Assembly: GCF_009914755.1 (NCBI RefSeq) | Contig: NC_060930.1 | Direction: 5' to 3' (one strand) | Source of the DNA: the human T2T-CHM13v2.0 reference genome, Homo sapiens | DNA: 64,000 nt | Shown here: one piece after another, positions 63,134-64,000 of the stretch | How the letters are laid out: the number at the start of each line of letters is the position of its first letter | Numbering within the stretch: the first letter of the stretch is position 1 | Made by a program: the position numbers and the translations under genes | Notes under the pieces: model-generated | Told to the model about the DNA's origin: nothing | Database searches by the model: none | What the model saw: only the letters and a program-made list of their open reading frames with translations

Positions 63134-63904
63134 AATATCTTTCTATTTGGAATTGAGAATTATAAAATGTGAAAGCTAATGAAAACCTCTGTCTTTTGTC
63201 TCATTTACCTATTTTTGCTTACTTTATGGTTCATTCTGCAATATGTCATATCTGCAAATATATTTTGATATTTCCAAATTTTATTGACACTCTAGTGATA
63301 TAACAGATCTGGGTTCAGAAACAAAGCACTTTTGATATCAGGATTTCTCTGACCTTGAACTTCCTGCCTTGCTCCTGAATACATTAACTTCACCTTATAC
63401 ACAGTTCTAGTAATTTGCCTTTCCCACATCTTGAACCACATATAAAACAATAATGACACTCAGAATCAGCACAGGTAAAAAACCCTCACATAGGTGATCC
63501 ACAATTGTCTAGTGGAGAAAAAGAAGGATAATGCCTTTGAGTGATATGAATGTGCATCCCCACTATATATGTAGGGAACAGAACGCTAAGATGATTTGAT
63601 GCACGTATCAAACACTGAAGATGTAACTTTTCTAAAAATGGTTCTGCGACTTAATTATATGTTATAGATGTAATTATATGTCATAGATAATTACAGTCTT
63701 ATAGATCAACTCTAGAAACAGTATGTCATCATTGTCGGTAAACAATGCATAAAAAAGCTAAATAATCTATGTGTATTTTACTAAGACTAAGATTTTTTAA
63801 AAGAATTAGAAGAAGACTAGAAGACTGGAAATAAGTATCATAAAAATTTAGCAATGATTCCTTTAAGTTGATTTATACAAGCTTAAATTTTTGGGAATTT
63901 TTCA

Positions 63905-64000
63905 AACTTTTTTTGTTTTTTTGTATCTTTATTTTTAATATTATTATGTTTAATTTTAGATTTCGGGGTACATATGCAGGTTTGTTACATGGATACATTG
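63905..64000 (-). mobile_element. L1PA/L1PB 3' end (continues beyond the window)
   Basis: Poly-T then ggggtacatatgcaggtttgttacatgg. Confidence 0.85.

Overview
AT-rich, gene-poor primate (human-like) nuclear DNA. No host protein-coding exon, CpG island or functional RNA gene could be supported. Most of the window is interspersed repeat: Alu J/S/Y, L1PA/L1MA/older L1M, L2, MIR, MLT1/MLT2 and MER4/MER34-type LTRs, and Tigger/MER2/MADE1/hAT DNA transposons, with several nested insertions. Repeat subfamily names are from remembered consensus motifs and old-element boundaries are approximate. Two structures stand out. (1) A ~4.26 kb ancient NUMT (~53611-57875: tRNA-Ser, tRNA-Asp, COX2, tRNA-Lys, ATP8, ATP6, COX3, tRNA-Gly, ND3, tRNA-Arg, ND4L, 5' ND4) sits inside a MER4-group solo LTR that still has its 4-bp TSD. 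It preserves pre-hominoid mitochondrial character states and an ND4L frame fully open in the nuclear code. (2) A non-TE 244-bp inverted duplication (7510-7753 / 7959-8202; 9 mismatches, no indels, 205-bp loop) has its second arm sandwiched between (TA)n tracts. Atypical retro-junctions are also present (Alu-L1 fusion at a 5-bp microhomology, a tail-less TSD-less Alu).
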